Source of the DNA: Camelus ferus
Taxonomy: Eukaryota
Length of the DNA stretch: 64,000 nt
Direction: 5' to 3'
Assembly: GCF_009834535.1 (NCBI RefSeq)
Contig: NC_045696.1
Location: 107,758,001-107,822,000 of the forward strand
Below the pieces are notes generated by a model. The model was given only the letters and a program-made list of their open reading frames with translations. It did no database searches and was not told the DNA's origin. The translations under genes were made by a program, and so were the position numbers. Of the stretch, positions 36,666 to 51,824 are shown one piece after another; the stretch's first letter is position 1, and each line of letters starts with the position of its first letter.

Positions 36666-38587
36666 TAATCATTTTTAATCTTGAAAAATCTTTTATTTTG
36701 CTCATAACATCTTTATTAGTTACCTATGATGTTCTCAGTGCTGGAATAAAAAGATGAATTAAGACACACGGCCCCTACCTATGTATTGCTCAGTGTTATG
36801 AGGAAGACAGATAAGTAAATCAGCAATTATTGGGTAAGTGCTGTGTTAGAGGCACTCATGTTATACCAGATCTCAAGCATCGTAATATAATACTCATAAG
36901 TTAACTTTATCGCACATGTAAAAATTTTGGAAATTAACAGTAAATGAGTTTTTCCCTCCAAGTCACTTGTTTTTGAATAGCTGTTTGAGTCAAACTTCGG
37001 GAAACCCTCAATGAGGTTAAAGCAGAGTTTGGTTTACCAGTTTTTTCTTGGCGCTTAACTGTTGTCTCTGATCTGGAAAGAATTCTTTAGGAAGCATTTA
37101 TCTAATAGGCTGGTAAGGGAGAACAGTACTTAGTAACTTGTTTTATACTTCTTTTGTTTCAGGTATTTTTTTTTAACTGATTTCTTTTCCTAATAAAAAT
37201 CTTTTTTACAGTTCCTCTTTTAGTATTCTAAAAATTAGTTCTAAAATATTAGTTACTATTTGGGTATGCTTATGTACAGTGAAATTGCCTTAGGGAAAGG
37301 ACTCCCTTTATGCATTGTTCTGGATACTGAGAGAGGTTTGATTTACAGTCCTTTGTCATGTGATAAAACCAGCTGAAAGATTAATAATACCAGTTTAAAT
37401 AATGGTCCAGGGCAAACAATATGGTACTGTAGAATTAGGCAGAAGAAATTGTTCCTATCTTGTGAGATCAAGGAAGTGTGGGGCTTGAGCTGGGCCAAGA
37501 AGAATGGTGAAATTAGTGGACATTTTCAGCAAGGCTTGAGGGAGAGAACACTTGGCTTATCTAGGCTGTAGAAAATCCAGTTTATCTGTAATGAAGAGAG
37601 TCCTTGTAGGAGGGTCCTTCCATGCCCTGTAGTGGTAACTCAGGGGACTTTTGTGTGCGGCGCCTTGATGCTATGCTAAGGAATCTCTGTGGGAAGGGCC
37701 TTGTTATCTGCATTTTAATCCTCTGTCATGATATGGGGAGGGGAATTTGCAGATCACTGTTGTGTTTGAGAAATATTTTAAGTAGGAGAGTGTGATTGAA
37801 ATTCTGTTTTAGGAAAGATTAATTTGGGAATGCAGTATGGGATTGATTATTGGAGTAAGGTAAAACCTAAATTAGGAAGGGTAACAGATGTGTCCATATT
37901 ATAGATGGCTGAATGGTGGTGAGAGTGAAAAGGAAACGATGTAAAATAACGCGAAGGGAAAATTTTGTCCTCCTTGTGGTGGTCGTAATGTTTTAATTTT
38001 TTGATATATACTGTATAATACGTTATGGTTAGGCATATTTCACTGTGAATAGATTGAGATATTTCCTACCTTTACGTTTATAAGCCTGTCTAGTGCTTTC
38101 ACATAGTATATACTTGATAAAAAATACTGAATTGTATTGAAAAATTGATAAAGCCTGGCATTTTATTTTAATACACTTACATTGGAAAAATTGACAAAGT
38201 CAAAAGGTAACTCAGTTCATATCAAAAGTGAAGTCAGTAAGGATGCTGATTTCAGAGGGATATGAAGAGGTTAGATAGGCTGGTTTGAAATAACATGAGG
38301 TCAGCCCAGTTAAAATATTCTTAGGAATTTAACAATTTGATATTGGATTTTGGGAGAGGTTGCAGTTAAGATAGGAATTAGAGGGGAACAGGTGTGGGCC
38401 TGAGGAGAATGAAGAGAAGGATGAAACAGTGATGAATAATTTGTATGATGCCTGGGAGTTGGGGTTAGTGAGAAAACATTAGAAATATGTTTAGGAAAGG
38501 CTAAAAATCCAAAAATTTTAGTTTTATGCTCTTCCATGGAAAAACTTTGATTTTAAAATACACTATTCAATACAGTATTATGTAATA

Positions 38588-38715
38588 CTTTTTTTTTAGG
38601 TTTTTTTTTTGAGGGGTAGGTAATTAGGTTTATTTATTACTTATTTATAATGGAGGTACACAGGACCTCATGCATGCTCAGCATGCACTCTACCACTAAG
38701 TTATACCCTCCCCCC
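38588..38715 (-). mobile_element. tRNA-derived SINE (vic-1-like)
   Basis: tgcatgctcagcatgcactctaccactaagttataccctccccc with T-rich tail. Confidence 0.82.
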
Positions 38716-40684
38716 ATTGTTTGATATAGTAAAACAAACAACATATCTTCTGAGTATTGGGGTTGTCATTTTCCTTCTCTCAAATTAATTTGAACATCCT
38801 TTCTTTGCACTTCTTGTTTTCATGCATGCACGTCAGAGCCAGCATTGCATTAGTAGCATGCCATCATTAATTCTCTCCGTTGACATGTCCCTTGGAGTCC
38901 CCTTGGCTACTTTTATATATTATTCATTTAAATTTGTTTTGTGAGTTCTGGTTTACTTTTAATATTTTATCTTTTTTTTCTTGAGTAAATGTAGATTGAT
39001 TTAGAGAGATACATACTGCATAGAGTGTAGGCTGTTTTAGAAGGCTAGGAAAAGGCCATGAGGTGTAGGGGTTGGGTGCTCAGGTTAAAGTAAAAGTAGA
39101 TACACATTCCATAGAGTGCAGGCCGTCTCTGTAGATGAGGGAGCAAAAGAGGTATCTTGTCTTAAATAAAAGGTGATATTTCAGAATCTTTATTCTAATT
39201 TCTTATGTCTTTCCGTGTCCTTCACCTTTAACTTTTCTTACCGAGTTTCTTTTATTCTATCTTTTCCCTCTCGAAGTTTTTTGTTGTTGTTGTTCCCATG
39301 TCAAAATTAATTTAGGTAATTTTTTCACCTTAATTACTGTACATCTGGCCATTTTCCTTATCTTTTTCTTGCTCTGATGCTGTAATATTTCAGCAGAATT
39401 ATTTTCTTTCATTGCCTTTCTGCTCAGGAACCTTCTTGAATCTGCAGATTTGGGGTATCTGGCTTTCTCAAACTTTTTATCTAATTTTACAGCCAGTGTA
39501 TTTTGTGTGTGTTGACTTTAGTTTGTCTGTCAGTTAGCATTTGTCCTTTTTTACTGTACAACCCACAGAAAATATGCACTTAAAGTCTTGTCTGGACTCC
39601 AATTTGGAAATAACTTATGTTTTCTGGCAGTTTTAAAATTAGGCAGCAATGAAAGACCTAACTAGAGTGTAGGTGTGCTGTCCAGTGTATAACCTAATAA
39701 GGGCTTTTACCTCCTACCAGTCTTGCTAAATATCATTCCCTTGAAATTTAAATCTCTGCCTGATATTCTGAAATTTGGGACTCTGGCCATATGTAATACG
39801 GGATTCTAGGATTAGAAGGGAGCATTCCAGGTCAGGCATCCTTGTGATGGATTTCTGAATCCTCTCCTCAGTTAATCAGTTGGTTGTCCAGCCTGTGACT
39901 GAACTTACTCAGAATACGGCATAGGCTATGACTGTCATATTCTATCTACCAGAAGCTGTGGCCTGTCTCAGGGATCCCATTTATGGTATCATTGAGCTTG
40001 CCAGCTCAGTTTTTATATAGGTTTTACAAGGAAGATATTACTAGGTTATTCTTCATGATGAGAATTTATAAAGCTTTAGGGAGAAAGAACTGTAAATCAT
40101 ATAGCTGTTTCTTCACATCAAATAATCGTTTCTGTAATATTCTTGAAAGTTCATCCAAGCCTTTTCCTGAATACCTCTGGAGTAGAGTGCTAAATTTTAC
40201 TCTGCACAATAGCCACATCATTGCTGGACAACTTTTTCTAAAAAGCTTTCTTTTTAGAAAATTCTTGGTTACATTTTGCCCAAGTTACCTTCTCTGTAAT
40301 GGTTTCTCGCTGATTTTTTTTTTCCTTGTCCTCTGGAACAATTCAGAAAGCCTTTGATAAAAATTTCATGTCTTTCCTGAGAAGGTAAGTATCTTTAAGT
40401 TACCTGTCCTGGAAGCATCCTGGTTTCAGTTTCTTCTTAAAAGTGTGGACTTAAAAAAAAATGTGGACTTTGTGTCCATGTCCATAGTAGTTTAGATGTG
40501 GTCAGATGGGATTATCTGCCTTGATGACTTGGACAAATTAATTTCTCTTTGGAGTTTTATCACTTTTTTGCTTCATGTCCTTTGAAGTTCTGTTTTTAGG
40601 TGCATGAAACAATTTTGAACATAAAAATTATAATATATAATATTAACAGTTATATAATGTTAATTTTTAATGTTCTGCTCTAAT

Positions 40685-41490
40685 TCTGTCATCTTTCATT
40701 TCTAGTTTTGTTGCTATTTGGTTTTTCTGCACTTCATGGGTCATATTTTCCTGCTTTTTTGCATACCTAGTTAATTTTGATTGGATGCCAGATACTGTGA
40801 ATTGTGCCTTGTTGGTAAAATTTTACCTTGTGTGTGGGTATTTTTGTCCTATGAATATTCTTGAGTTTTGCGTTTGGGATGAGATTGTTACTTGAAGATA
40901 GTTTGATCCTTTTGAGGCTCCTTTTTAAGCTTCTGTTAGGTGGGACCAGTACAGCCTTTAAGGGTGAATTTTTTTGCACTACTGAGGCAAGAACCTTTTG
41001 ACTACTCTATCTGATGCCTCATGAAATGTGAGTACTCTCACTCTAGGTGGTGGGAATAGAAATTGTTCTGCTGCCCCTGAGTTACAGGGATTGTTCTTTT
41101 TTCTTCTTTGTGGGGGTTCTTTCTCTATCCTGGGGTAATTCCTTATATACATGGGCTAATCAGTCAGTACTCAGCTGAAGATTTGAAAAGGACCTTATAT
41201 AAATAACGGTGTTCTTTCTCTGTGTAGCTCTCTCATCACCAGTACTCTGCCCTGAGAAGTCCAGCTGTCCTGGCTTCCCAGGGAGCCACTGGACTTTGTC
41301 TTGGTTCTCCCTTGTGCTGTGGCCTGAAAATTAATCTCCAGGCAGTTAACGGGCAGTTATAGGGCTTAGCTTGTTTGTTCCTCCACTGAGGGATCACTGT
41401 TCTGTGGTGTCTGTTGCCTAGTATATCAGAAAACTATTGTCCAGTTTTTGTTGTTTGATTATTCCATTTTTGTCTGGAAGGAGAATCAGA
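40685..41490 (-). mobile_element. Old L1/HAL1-like fragment
   Basis: tcatattttcctgc...taattttgattggatgccagatactgtgaatt block typical of old L1 5' regions. Confidence 0.5.
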
Positions 41491-44400
41491 TTAAATTCTA
41501 AACCTATGCTGTCGTCCTATACAGCAGCCACTAGCTGTAGTGACAATTATAAATACAGTTCATTAGTTTTACTGAAGTACATCTTAAGGGTAATAGCTAT
41601 CTTATTGGACATTGCAGACATAAAACATCTCCATCATTGCATAAAAGTTCTAATGGGCAGTGCTATAACAACTAAAGAACTTAGATTTGTTCTTAAAAGC
41701 TGTGGGAGCATTGAAAGATGCCTTCAGTGTTTTCATGTCAGGTTTTGATCTTACGGCATTGAGCTGGAGTGGGTTATTAACACATCAGTGGAGCTCACCA
41801 CTGTAGACTTATAGAACAATTTCTCCAAATCAGTGTTAGTGAATCTAATTCAAGAAGGTGTTCCAAAGTGTTTATGCAGTAAAGGTTTGCATTATTTAAA
41901 AAATAATTTAACAATTTTTCTTCCTTTAAAATGAGGCGATGTGAGATATCAAATGAATATTGGACCAAATAGTGTTCCAGATTAATTCATTCTGCCAAAT
42001 CTGCCAATGAGGGTTTTAAATTGTTTTAATATTTAGTGATGTATTTTCTTGACACTTAGTCATATTGTTTCAGTTTGTTCTTTCAGTTCTTCCTATGTCC
42101 ATTCAATGGATCATTGGTTAGGGACAAGAAATGTTAAGAAAATCAAGTTGCTATTGAAATGCTAGGTAATAAGGAGCATAAAAACCAGTAATTGATTCAA
42201 AATTTATTTGATTCGTGATTATTATTATCTCTCTCTGTAAGTTGTCTGTGTTCTATTAATATCCTGTATAGCAATAAGGTATTGGCAGTGTTAAAAAGAG
42301 AAAATAAAGTGGAGTATGGCCTTATATTTCTAGAAAATAAAGACTACACTTGCTGTGTGTTATTTGAAGTATTTGCAAATTCTAATCTAAAGCCACCCTT
42401 AGTTTATCATTTAGTAACAAAACACAAAAATGTTTAAATTTTTTTCAGTAAAAGATAGAATTCCAAATACTAAGTCACATTTACAGTTTTGTCCTTACAT
42501 AATATATTCAATTGTACCTTGTTTTTAATATTCACGATTTTACAAACAAGATGTCATTTAAAAATAGATACAGTACCAAAATGCATTTTCTTACGTAACT
42601 TAAACTGTAGCCCTTATTAGTGTGCAGTTAAAATTTGTCTTTGTATGCTTTATAAAAATGAACTTTATATTATAATCTTTGATATATGCTGATTAAGTAA
42701 TTTTTAAAATATTTCATCACATTTCTTACTTAAATGATCAGAAAAAATTATGAGTTCTTACTACTGTGAAAGATGATCAAAGCAAAAAAGGTTAAAGTAT
42801 CTGTAATCCTGACTGTGTATCAGAATTTCTTGGGAAGCTTTTTAAAAATACACATTCCTGGGCAATATTTCCAGATACTGAGTCAGTTGTGGAGTAGGCC
42901 ATTTAGATGATTCTAATACTAATCCCTGGATGAGGATAGTACTGTCTTTAACTACTCCTCATGTAAGGTTTATAGGTGTGCTTTTAAAAAAATATGTGTG
43001 CCAGTAAATTTAAGGAATACTGTGTTAAGCAGATTTCTTGACAGCTGTAGTATTCAGTTTTAAGGCCTGACTTTCCAAGAGGATATTAAAGCAAACCTGT
43101 TAAGTTATTCCGATACAGTGGAACACCAGTTTGGGAAATTTGGCTCTACCTTTATGTTGATTTATTCACTCAAAGTTTGGTTCAGTTATGAATCAACTAA
43201 TTGTTCCTAATTGACTAGCCTGCATTATCTTATTGGTAATAATTTAATGAGAGACCATCATGGCTTTGCTAAAATATGAAAATAACAGAATAATATTACA
43301 AAAGTGCTCTGTAATCACAAAACACTCTATAAAAGCATTCCCTACATAATTATTAAGATAAATGATGTCTGGCATTCTCTTTCAATTCTTTCTAGAGTAT
43401 GAAATGAGACATGACTTGAGTTTATGAATATGTTGTGGGTCTGAGTGGTTTATACATTATCCATTTACTAGTTTATGGTGAGTGGTTTTTTTAGTTAATA
43501 GTGGTAGTTGACTGGTGAAGCTTATCTTGTATAAACTACTGACATTACCAAGAGTATTAGGAAGTATTTTTTATAGTTTTAGGTTGGCCAGAGACATAAA
43601 AGTTAAAGAAACTCTGATGTTTAACCATTCAGATGTTCAATAAACAGTTTGGCTTGAGTAACAGTCATACTTTAAAAACTGCAGTATTTAACAGTAGATT
43701 TTGATTAATCCTTTTCTTAAACTGGAAACAAAGATTTTGTGTCTTTTTTTTCACCCGTCCTGGACTCCGCTGGGATATATGTTTAGCTATCACTTGTCTT
43801 TCAGTATAGTAGTGCTCTGTTACTTAAAGTGATGTAATGAACTTTAAAATAATGACTTGGTCGGTTGGTGAAAATATACCACTCTGTATCACCATTTTCA
43901 ATAGCCAGTGCATATCTATTATTGTTCCCTCATTTTTAATTAAAATGCATATATTTCTGTCATATGGCAAAATTATTTGTGCTAGATAATTTAAAGATAA
44001 GTTTACAGATCTGTGTAATCCAGATGATCAGGGGCTAATGGTGGTTCTAGGGCATAACTCCTTGAATATTTAATTTGAGAACTAATAATTTCCTTGAAAC
44101 TTTGTCATTTGGATCTGTTGATTTTTTTAAGGCATGTATTTGCTTTTTGGCTTACTACTAAAATAAACTTGTGAGGAAGTTTAAAGGAACATACTCTTAA
44201 GTGCTGCTCAGTTGAAAATCCAAAGAAGAAAAACAGACCTGGGTTAGGAAGCCCTGCCAAAAGGAAAATGGTGCTGTCTTCTTAGGATTCTCTAATCTCA
44301 AATTCATTTCCCTTTGACTTGAGCTCATTATTATTTATAGTAGCACTCAAACTCATGAATGTTGCCTAATGAAAAGATTTTTAAGAGGTTTAGACTTCAA

Positions 44401-46286
44401 CATATGTCTGTGAAAAACTATATTGGGCACAGGTTTTGCAAAACTAAATACAAGCTTTAAAAAGAACAGTTTAAATGGTCCAAAACAGTTAATTCGTCTG
44501 TGCCCATTTGCTAAGTGATACATAAGATCTTTTTATGGTATTGTCATTTTTGTTCTTAGCTGAATTGAGATTATTCCCATATGTGTATGTATCTAGGAGT
44601 TCTTTTACTAGCTATTGTTTTAAAACATACTTTACATCTTTAATTTTGGGGTGTAATTTTGATGCTGTAATTCAATGATGTGAAAAGGTCCAAGTACCCC
44701 TTGTTAAATGCGCGGTTCTTGGCATATAGCTGGGCCATAGAAGTTATTTGCGTAAGTGATTGAGGAAAGAGAAATGTTTTCTTAAGTGAAGATAGCCTAA
44801 ACAATTAATTTTTCATTTAGGAAAGGTGGAAAATGGGTATATTTAGATCAGTGGGTTGAATTATGGAAGGATTATTAATCAGGCCCTATGTCAGACTTTT
44901 GACATCAGTAGAAGTATATTCACACAGTCTTGATGTATACGTGCCTTGATATTACTGTTGGAGATTGGATCTAGGCTGAATGGATATGACTGATTAAATA
45001 CAGTTCTTATACCACAAGAATAAGGTGTATGTATATATTGGGGTTGAACAGCATAAATTTAGTGCTACTCCAGGAAAAAAAGTCTCACTCTTACAGGATG
45101 AATAATACTATCTAAAGTGACATTATGAAAACCAGTTTATCCTAATCATGTGAGTTTAATATGTGCATATTTACTTATTTTATACGTAACACTTCATATA
45201 TATATATATATATATAAATACACATTTAATATATACACACAATCTTTAGTTAAGATTTCTGATACTGTGAATTCTTAGAGTGAGGTTTTTTGAGAAGATA
45301 TTACAATGCTTTATAGCATATATGTTCACTTAAAACATTTAAGATTAACTTTAAAAATTGAGGTTGTATAAAGAATCCAGGCAGGATTCATAGCTCCAGT
45401 TTCTATGCAGTAAAGATTTCCTGATCCTCACAAAGCTATTGTTGATCATCCATTCTCCCCTTTGTTTCACTCTTCCTGCCCCACTCACTATTCTTCATTG
45501 TCAGTATCTGCTCCTGTTTCTCCTTCCCCCAAAAGGTTTTACATCTTGTGGTTACTTGTGGATTCTGTTATGGCTGAGTTTCAGTGGTCATTCTTTTTGA
45601 TAAGTGAGGAGCTAAAATTGTCTCAGGGGATGCCATGGACTTCATAGCAGAAGTAGGGACTAGGTTGGGATTCAGTAGACTAAGCTTTTATTTCTCATTA
45701 CCAGTAATCAGCTGTGTAATCCTAGGAAAGTCCATCTTGGTTAAAATGAAGCCATGGAACAAGTTGATTTCCAAGGTTACTCCCAGCTCTGTCGTGCTTT
45801 TTATGATTCATTCATTGTACATTTATTAGGTCCCGGCTTACTTGCCAACACTGGTTTAAAGATACAGAGATAAATAAGTTCCTGGCCTTGAGTAAGTGAG
45901 ACCCAGTGAATGGTGACAATATAATGTGATAAGTGCTCTAATAGGAGAATGTGCAAAGTGCTTTTTGAACAAACGGAGGGTTGGGAATTAAGGAAGGCTT
46001 CCTTTTAGAGGTTATATTTGAATTGATTCTTAAAGAATAAATAGTTTACCATGCAAGGAAGGAAGAACATTCTAGGAAGAAAAAATCACAGAGGAATGAG
46101 TAAACAAGTGTTGCCTCTTTTAGAATGGCCAGTGAGTATGGAGTTTTTGGAGAAAGCTTAGTGGTACAAAATTTCAGGTGGATGGTGGATGGGAGTTAGA
46201 TTCTGAAAAGCCTTATATGTCATTCTGAAGACTTTGGATTGTAAAGCCTGCTTAAAGGTTTTGGTGAGTTACAATTTTCGTTTTGT

Positions 46287-46410
46287 TTCCTTCCCTTCCT
46301 TCCCTTCCTTCCCTTCCTTCCCTTCCTTCCCTTCCTTCCTTTCCTTCCTTTCCTTCCTTTCCTTCCTTTCCTTCCTTTCCTTCCTCTCCTTCCTCCCTCC
46401 CTTCCTTCCT
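46287..46410 (+). repeat. Polypyrimidine tandem repeat (9-nt units TTCCTTCCC then TTCCTTCCT)
   Basis: Directly visible. Confidence 0.95.
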
Positions 46411-47925
46411 CAGTTTTTAGTTGTACATTTATGAAGAGATTTGAAAAGAAAGATAGATCATCAGGCTTGTGTTTTAGAAAGATTACTTGGTGGTAGTGTG
46501 GAAGATGGACTGATTTGATGGCAGCAGGTGAAGTTGAGATAGAAAGATAAAACAGAAAACTGTTGCAGTATTCAGGATGAGAAATGAGGTTTCATCTTAG
46601 GCAGTAGTCATGGGAATAAAAGTGGAATTGGCAGACTTAGAAGCTGTGTACAGTGAGACTCCGGAGACTGGATATGGAATGCTGGTGAAGAGGAGTCTGG
46701 CTGGTATCAAGGTATCTGGTTTGATTTCTGGGTGATTGATAGTATCAAGCATCCAACAGAATAAAGGAAGCAGGAGGAAGAATAGGTTTTTAGGTAGGGG
46801 TTTAGGGGAGATAAGCTCATGTTTCCATATATTGAGCATGTCTGTGGGTTATCAAAGAAGAGATTCACAGTAGGCAGTTAAGATATATGGGTCAGGAGAG
46901 AAAGATTTAAATTGGAAGTAAAGATTGGGAAGTCACCAGTTTATGTAAATGGTAATTATGCCCGTTTAATGGGCAAATCACTCTGGAAGGACATTGTAGA
47001 GCAGTTTTTAACATGGTAGTGTCATGTCTCTTCAAAAGGAGGAAGGTTATGATTCCTGTGAGATTCTGTGCAACAGTCTGTGTCTGTGTATATATGTACA
47101 TATCATCAGATTTTCAGAGGGGTCTGTGACCCAGTAAAGATTACTATGGAATACTGGAATGGAGTAAGAAGGATAGATTATAGTACGGAAATATGGGGAA
47201 TACTGAAATTAAAGAGGGAACGGAAAGAGAATGCAAAGGAGATAGAGGAGAAGTGAGGGAGGAGAGCATTTCAAGGAAGAATGAACAACCCAGAAATGTC
47301 TGTTGGTTTGGGACTAGCAATTTTTGCCTTCCGTTTGAAGATTGATTCTAGGGAAATACTTCAGCGTATGAGTAACTGGAGGAAAAATTGCTGTAGGGAA
47401 GAAAGGCTGAAGGTACAAATGAGAGAGGATGTGAATAAAGGTAACTGGAGAGGGAGGGGAGGATAGGTGTTCAGAGTGGTGGAGGGAGAAAGATCTATCT
47501 TGGAGGGAAAAAGAAAAATACTAGTGCGTATGTGTTGGGGCAGTGAGTGTGGGCAGGATAGGAGGTAAAGAAAGGAAGAATATTTAAATATGTGAAGCTG
47601 TTAAGTTTGAAATCATGAAGAAATAGGAAGTGGAAATATACAAACTTTAATTTGATTTTATTTTGTAATTTGTATAGGAAATATCAACATACAAAATAGA
47701 ACTCTAATATACCTATCACTTCACCAATTAATAATATTCAAATGTTAGACTTGATATACTTTAGATCTTTGCCATAAAATCTTAGTGTCATCAAATTTTA
47801 GAGCTAGAAAGAACTTAGATCTGGTCACTTTATAGCTTAAAGTCACTTTTAAAGGCACATTATCATTTTTTAAAATTCAAAATTGATCAGATTTGGACAG
47901 TTACAGAATTACTGAGTATAGTGGA

Positions 47926-48290
47926 TGTCATGTATGTATTATCCAAATCCCCACTTCAGGACTGAAGGACTTCATTTTCTTACTGGGAATGTTGGCTGGG
48001 GTTGTCAGACCTCCCTGGGTGGAAATTGCCCTTGGCTAAAGAGAGCCATTCACCCAAGCTCACATCCCCTTCCTTGGAGTAGCCTGCATCCAAAGACTAG
48101 TCCATTAAAGACCTGGCTCCCTTGCCCCACCATAGGGCAACCTTAAGAGCCATCCCAGCTTCAGAGCTCCCTGTGGGGTCATGTGAGGCCTTTGCTGTGC
48201 TATATCCCAGCCTAACTTGTTTTTCTGCCCCTTCCTTCCTTGTCTGATAAACTTTCAGCACACTAACCTCTCTCCCAAAAGTTTGAGTGA
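47926..48290. mobile_element. ERVL LTR (LTR16-like) fragment
   Basis: ccccacttcaggactgaaggac...ccatcccagcttcagagctccctgtgggg signature. Confidence 0.55.
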
Positions 48291-51200
48291 CTTCCAATGC
48301 TGATGAACTTTAAAATTTCTTTTGATTTGTAACAGATTTTTGAACTTTTTTAAACTTTAAAGGACTTAGCATCTACCAGTTTTTCGTGTTGATGAGAAAT
48401 ATTCAGGTAAATGTTGAAAATAGTCACATAATATAATGAAAGAAAATGGTTAATTTGTATAGTGTAAACATGCAGGAAGAAATTCATTATTAGGACATGT
48501 TTTAGGATGGAACAAAAAGGGAAATGCCTTCTCAAACATTTTGAACAAAGATCTTGGCATTTAATTGGCCTCTCCCCTCCCATCATTCATTGCTAGTGTT
48601 TCTGCTGTCTCATTTTTATTACCTTTTGTAGATTAAAGCCCCTTCCACCACCACTACCTTTTGAGATCAGGCTCACATGTTTTTATTGACTTTTCTTGAG
48701 CAAATTTAAAATGTGGAGAAGATTCTTCTCTTTTTTGATTGTACTGGAGAGAATGGAAACATGAAGTATATTTGAAACAAATTCAATTATTTTGAGTCTA
48801 TTAAAAAAGTCTTGCTCTTATAGTGCAGGAATGATTTGCCTAGCAGAATCCAAGACTGCATTTCTGAACAAAGTATTTGAAGATTTTATGTCTGCAACAT
48901 TTGAAGAGTGCTTTTCCAAGACCCAAGTGTCTTGTCAGTCAAATGTTTTGTCATTGCTTCAGTTACCATCCTGTCTTGGATCCAAGAGTTTCAGAGCAGT
49001 GTGATTTGGCTGGCAACAAAATGCTTTTTGCTTTCCCCCGCCTCCTCTTTTTATGTATTTCTTTCTGTCTGACCATAGGTGTACTTAGGTGGTCAATACA
49101 GTTATCTGGGCCATTTGAAAAGAAATGACTGATTAAAAAGTACATTACCTATTCCGTAGTGATTGCTGAGAAAATCAGCTTTAGAATAAGTAACATAAGT
49201 GAGCCTAAAAAAACTTCCTATTTAAGAATTTGGTTTTGTTTCTTTACTTTAGTAATGATTTTAAGAAAATCTCATTGAGTATAATTATTACATTTTAGCA
49301 AGCAAAATTTGTCACTTTTATTCTTTCCCCTCTTTTGCCTTAGAGCTTTAATATGAGTGTCTGGTAGCTTTTTATTTTCCAGTTGGTTTTGATGGGGGTC
49401 CATTTGTTGGGAAGCGTATTTAAACTGTGACGGAAAGAATATTTTATTGAGTTAGTATATAGAAATGTATCTTTTATGAAATCTCTTCTGTTTCACATTG
49501 CTTGCATTATCAGCAGAAGCAGAAAACTGTTTTCTGTCTTCTATGGGATAACATATTTTACAGCTGTTGGGGTCTATACTGATTTCTTTTTTCCCTTTCC
49601 AAATACTTTTCTCTATATACTATATATTTAGTTATTACAAGATGTAGTTGAATCTTGTGAATTCCTTGACTGTTTAATATTCTAGTTTCCAAGAATGCTT
49701 CTTAGAGGAATGGTACGATGGGTTTGATCAATAACCACTGCCTGCTTGTATGCATTTTTTGTTTTCTGATAGTGGCATTTCAGGATGGTTTTTGTATGAG
49801 TTTTGGCTAATTTTCCCTGATCCTCAAGTGTCATCTCATCAACAACAAATAAGGCTTTTATAAAATTACTTGTGTTATCTGAGGTTTTTGATTAGGCATT
49901 CCTTGTTGCTGTAATAGAAACATTGCCAGGAGAAAGAATTCTGGAGAAGGGGTGGTGGTAAATACAGAATACTTTGATTCTGATAAAGGCTCTTTTTGTG
50001 CATATGGCATTTGAGTTAGAATTATATGACACTTTTTTATCAAATGCCAAAATTAAGCCATTGCGATAATTTAACTCCTTAAAACCATTTTCCATTTTTA
50101 TGAGTTTTTGTTTTACTGAAATTATTTTCATTGGGATCATTTCTTTTCCATGTAAACTTTAGAATGAGGGTTTGATTTTTTAGTCTCTTTGTTGTTGTTC
50201 ACATCTAATTTGTCCCTATCAAATTTTAACCTTTTATAGCTTTTTGCCATTGCATTTTATGATCATTATTATTGCCAGGTCCTGTGTTCACTGGATCATT
50301 TTTTAGACAGTAACAAATTCTGCTAAGCATATTAGTCATTATCAGTTTTATTTTTTCTTGTGTCCTCTCTCTGAATCCCCTAAGCTTAATTTCCCCCAGT
50401 CATCTGGTCAGATTATTAGTGGGGTTAAATATATCAGTGTTAAGAAAGAGAATCAAAAGATCTTGTTTCAGAAGTGGTAAAGACATAATTTACTTGGTAG
50501 TCTGGGTGCTAGTATAATATTTACAGTGTGGTCCACCTTTACCAATAGTATTTTGAAGTGAGTGAATTACCAGTTACTTTGTTCAAACTTGGGATCAGTT
50601 ATGTATTTAGAAGAGTTTGCCAAGACTAATGATGACTTTGTTGTTTGCCTTTGCTAAGGAGTTGTGCCTATCCCTTCTGTGGAGGAAGGGGCAAGTGATT
50701 TGAGATCTAGTTATAGTTTGGCTATGTATTCTGGTGCTGTAGGTTTCTATCTCAAACTTAGGCTGCTTTGTAAGCCTTGATGCTGGCAGTGATTCTTGTC
50801 AGGGATAAAGATAAAGTGCTTGGCAACCAGTCTTTAGTGCCAGCTTTGGTATATTAATACTATGATGATTTGAATGATCTTATGTTAAGTCTGTTTAACA
50901 GAAGGAACATTTTATGGTTAAAAAGCATGTTTATTGAGAGAAGTATAACTTGAAAATGTTTTTTTGATGGTAAAATTAAAATGGGGCTTTAAAGTTTTTT
51001 TTAAGTGAAATCTAAATCTGGTTTAAAATTTATTTAAATAATTGATTTCATTAGGTGTGACAACGGCATTGCAATTACCTAAGAAAATGTGCTTTGCAGT
51101 AATTTATACTGATGTATATGGAGGTGTAGTTTGCTGAGATTTGCTTTGAAATACTTAAAAGATGGGTAGATGAAGCAAATGAGGCATTATTTAGATAATT

Positions 51201-51824
51201 ATTGAATCTGGGTAATAGGTATATGGAGGTTATTCTACTTTCAGATTTTTGTCTGTGAAACTATAATAAAATTTTTCACAAAATTAAGAGCATTAAAAAC
51301 TGGTATTTCATATCTTAGTAAATTACTTACCAGCAGTTACGTATTCCCAGAAATTTCCAGAATTACTGTTGTGGTAAACTAAAACTGAGTCTTAGTCTCA
51401 AATTATAATTGGCTGACTTGGGGATGGGAAAGTTAAGGAGAGGGAAAATAAATAAGGAATTAGTAACTTTTATTAAAGTGAGAAGTGAAAAATGAAATTT
51501 AGTCTTCAGTATTTTTAGGGTCAATATAGCATCATTTAATATTGTTTAAACAGGGTACATAATAGCAAATTCATTTAGTTACAAGACAACCTGAATTATG
51601 TGAAGGCACGAAATTCCTGTGGTACATTACAGATTCAAGGCAATCTAATGAGAAACTTTTGTCATGAACTATTAATTTTTAAGGTCTGAAGATGTGTGTT
51701 TTGAGCAAATCTTCATACAGGACAGTGAAACTGTATGGAACATAATCTAAGCTACAGCAAATTAAATCTCTCCCCAAATACTGCCCAGTTTTTATAGTAC
51801 AGTCTATTAGTGACACACTTCCTT

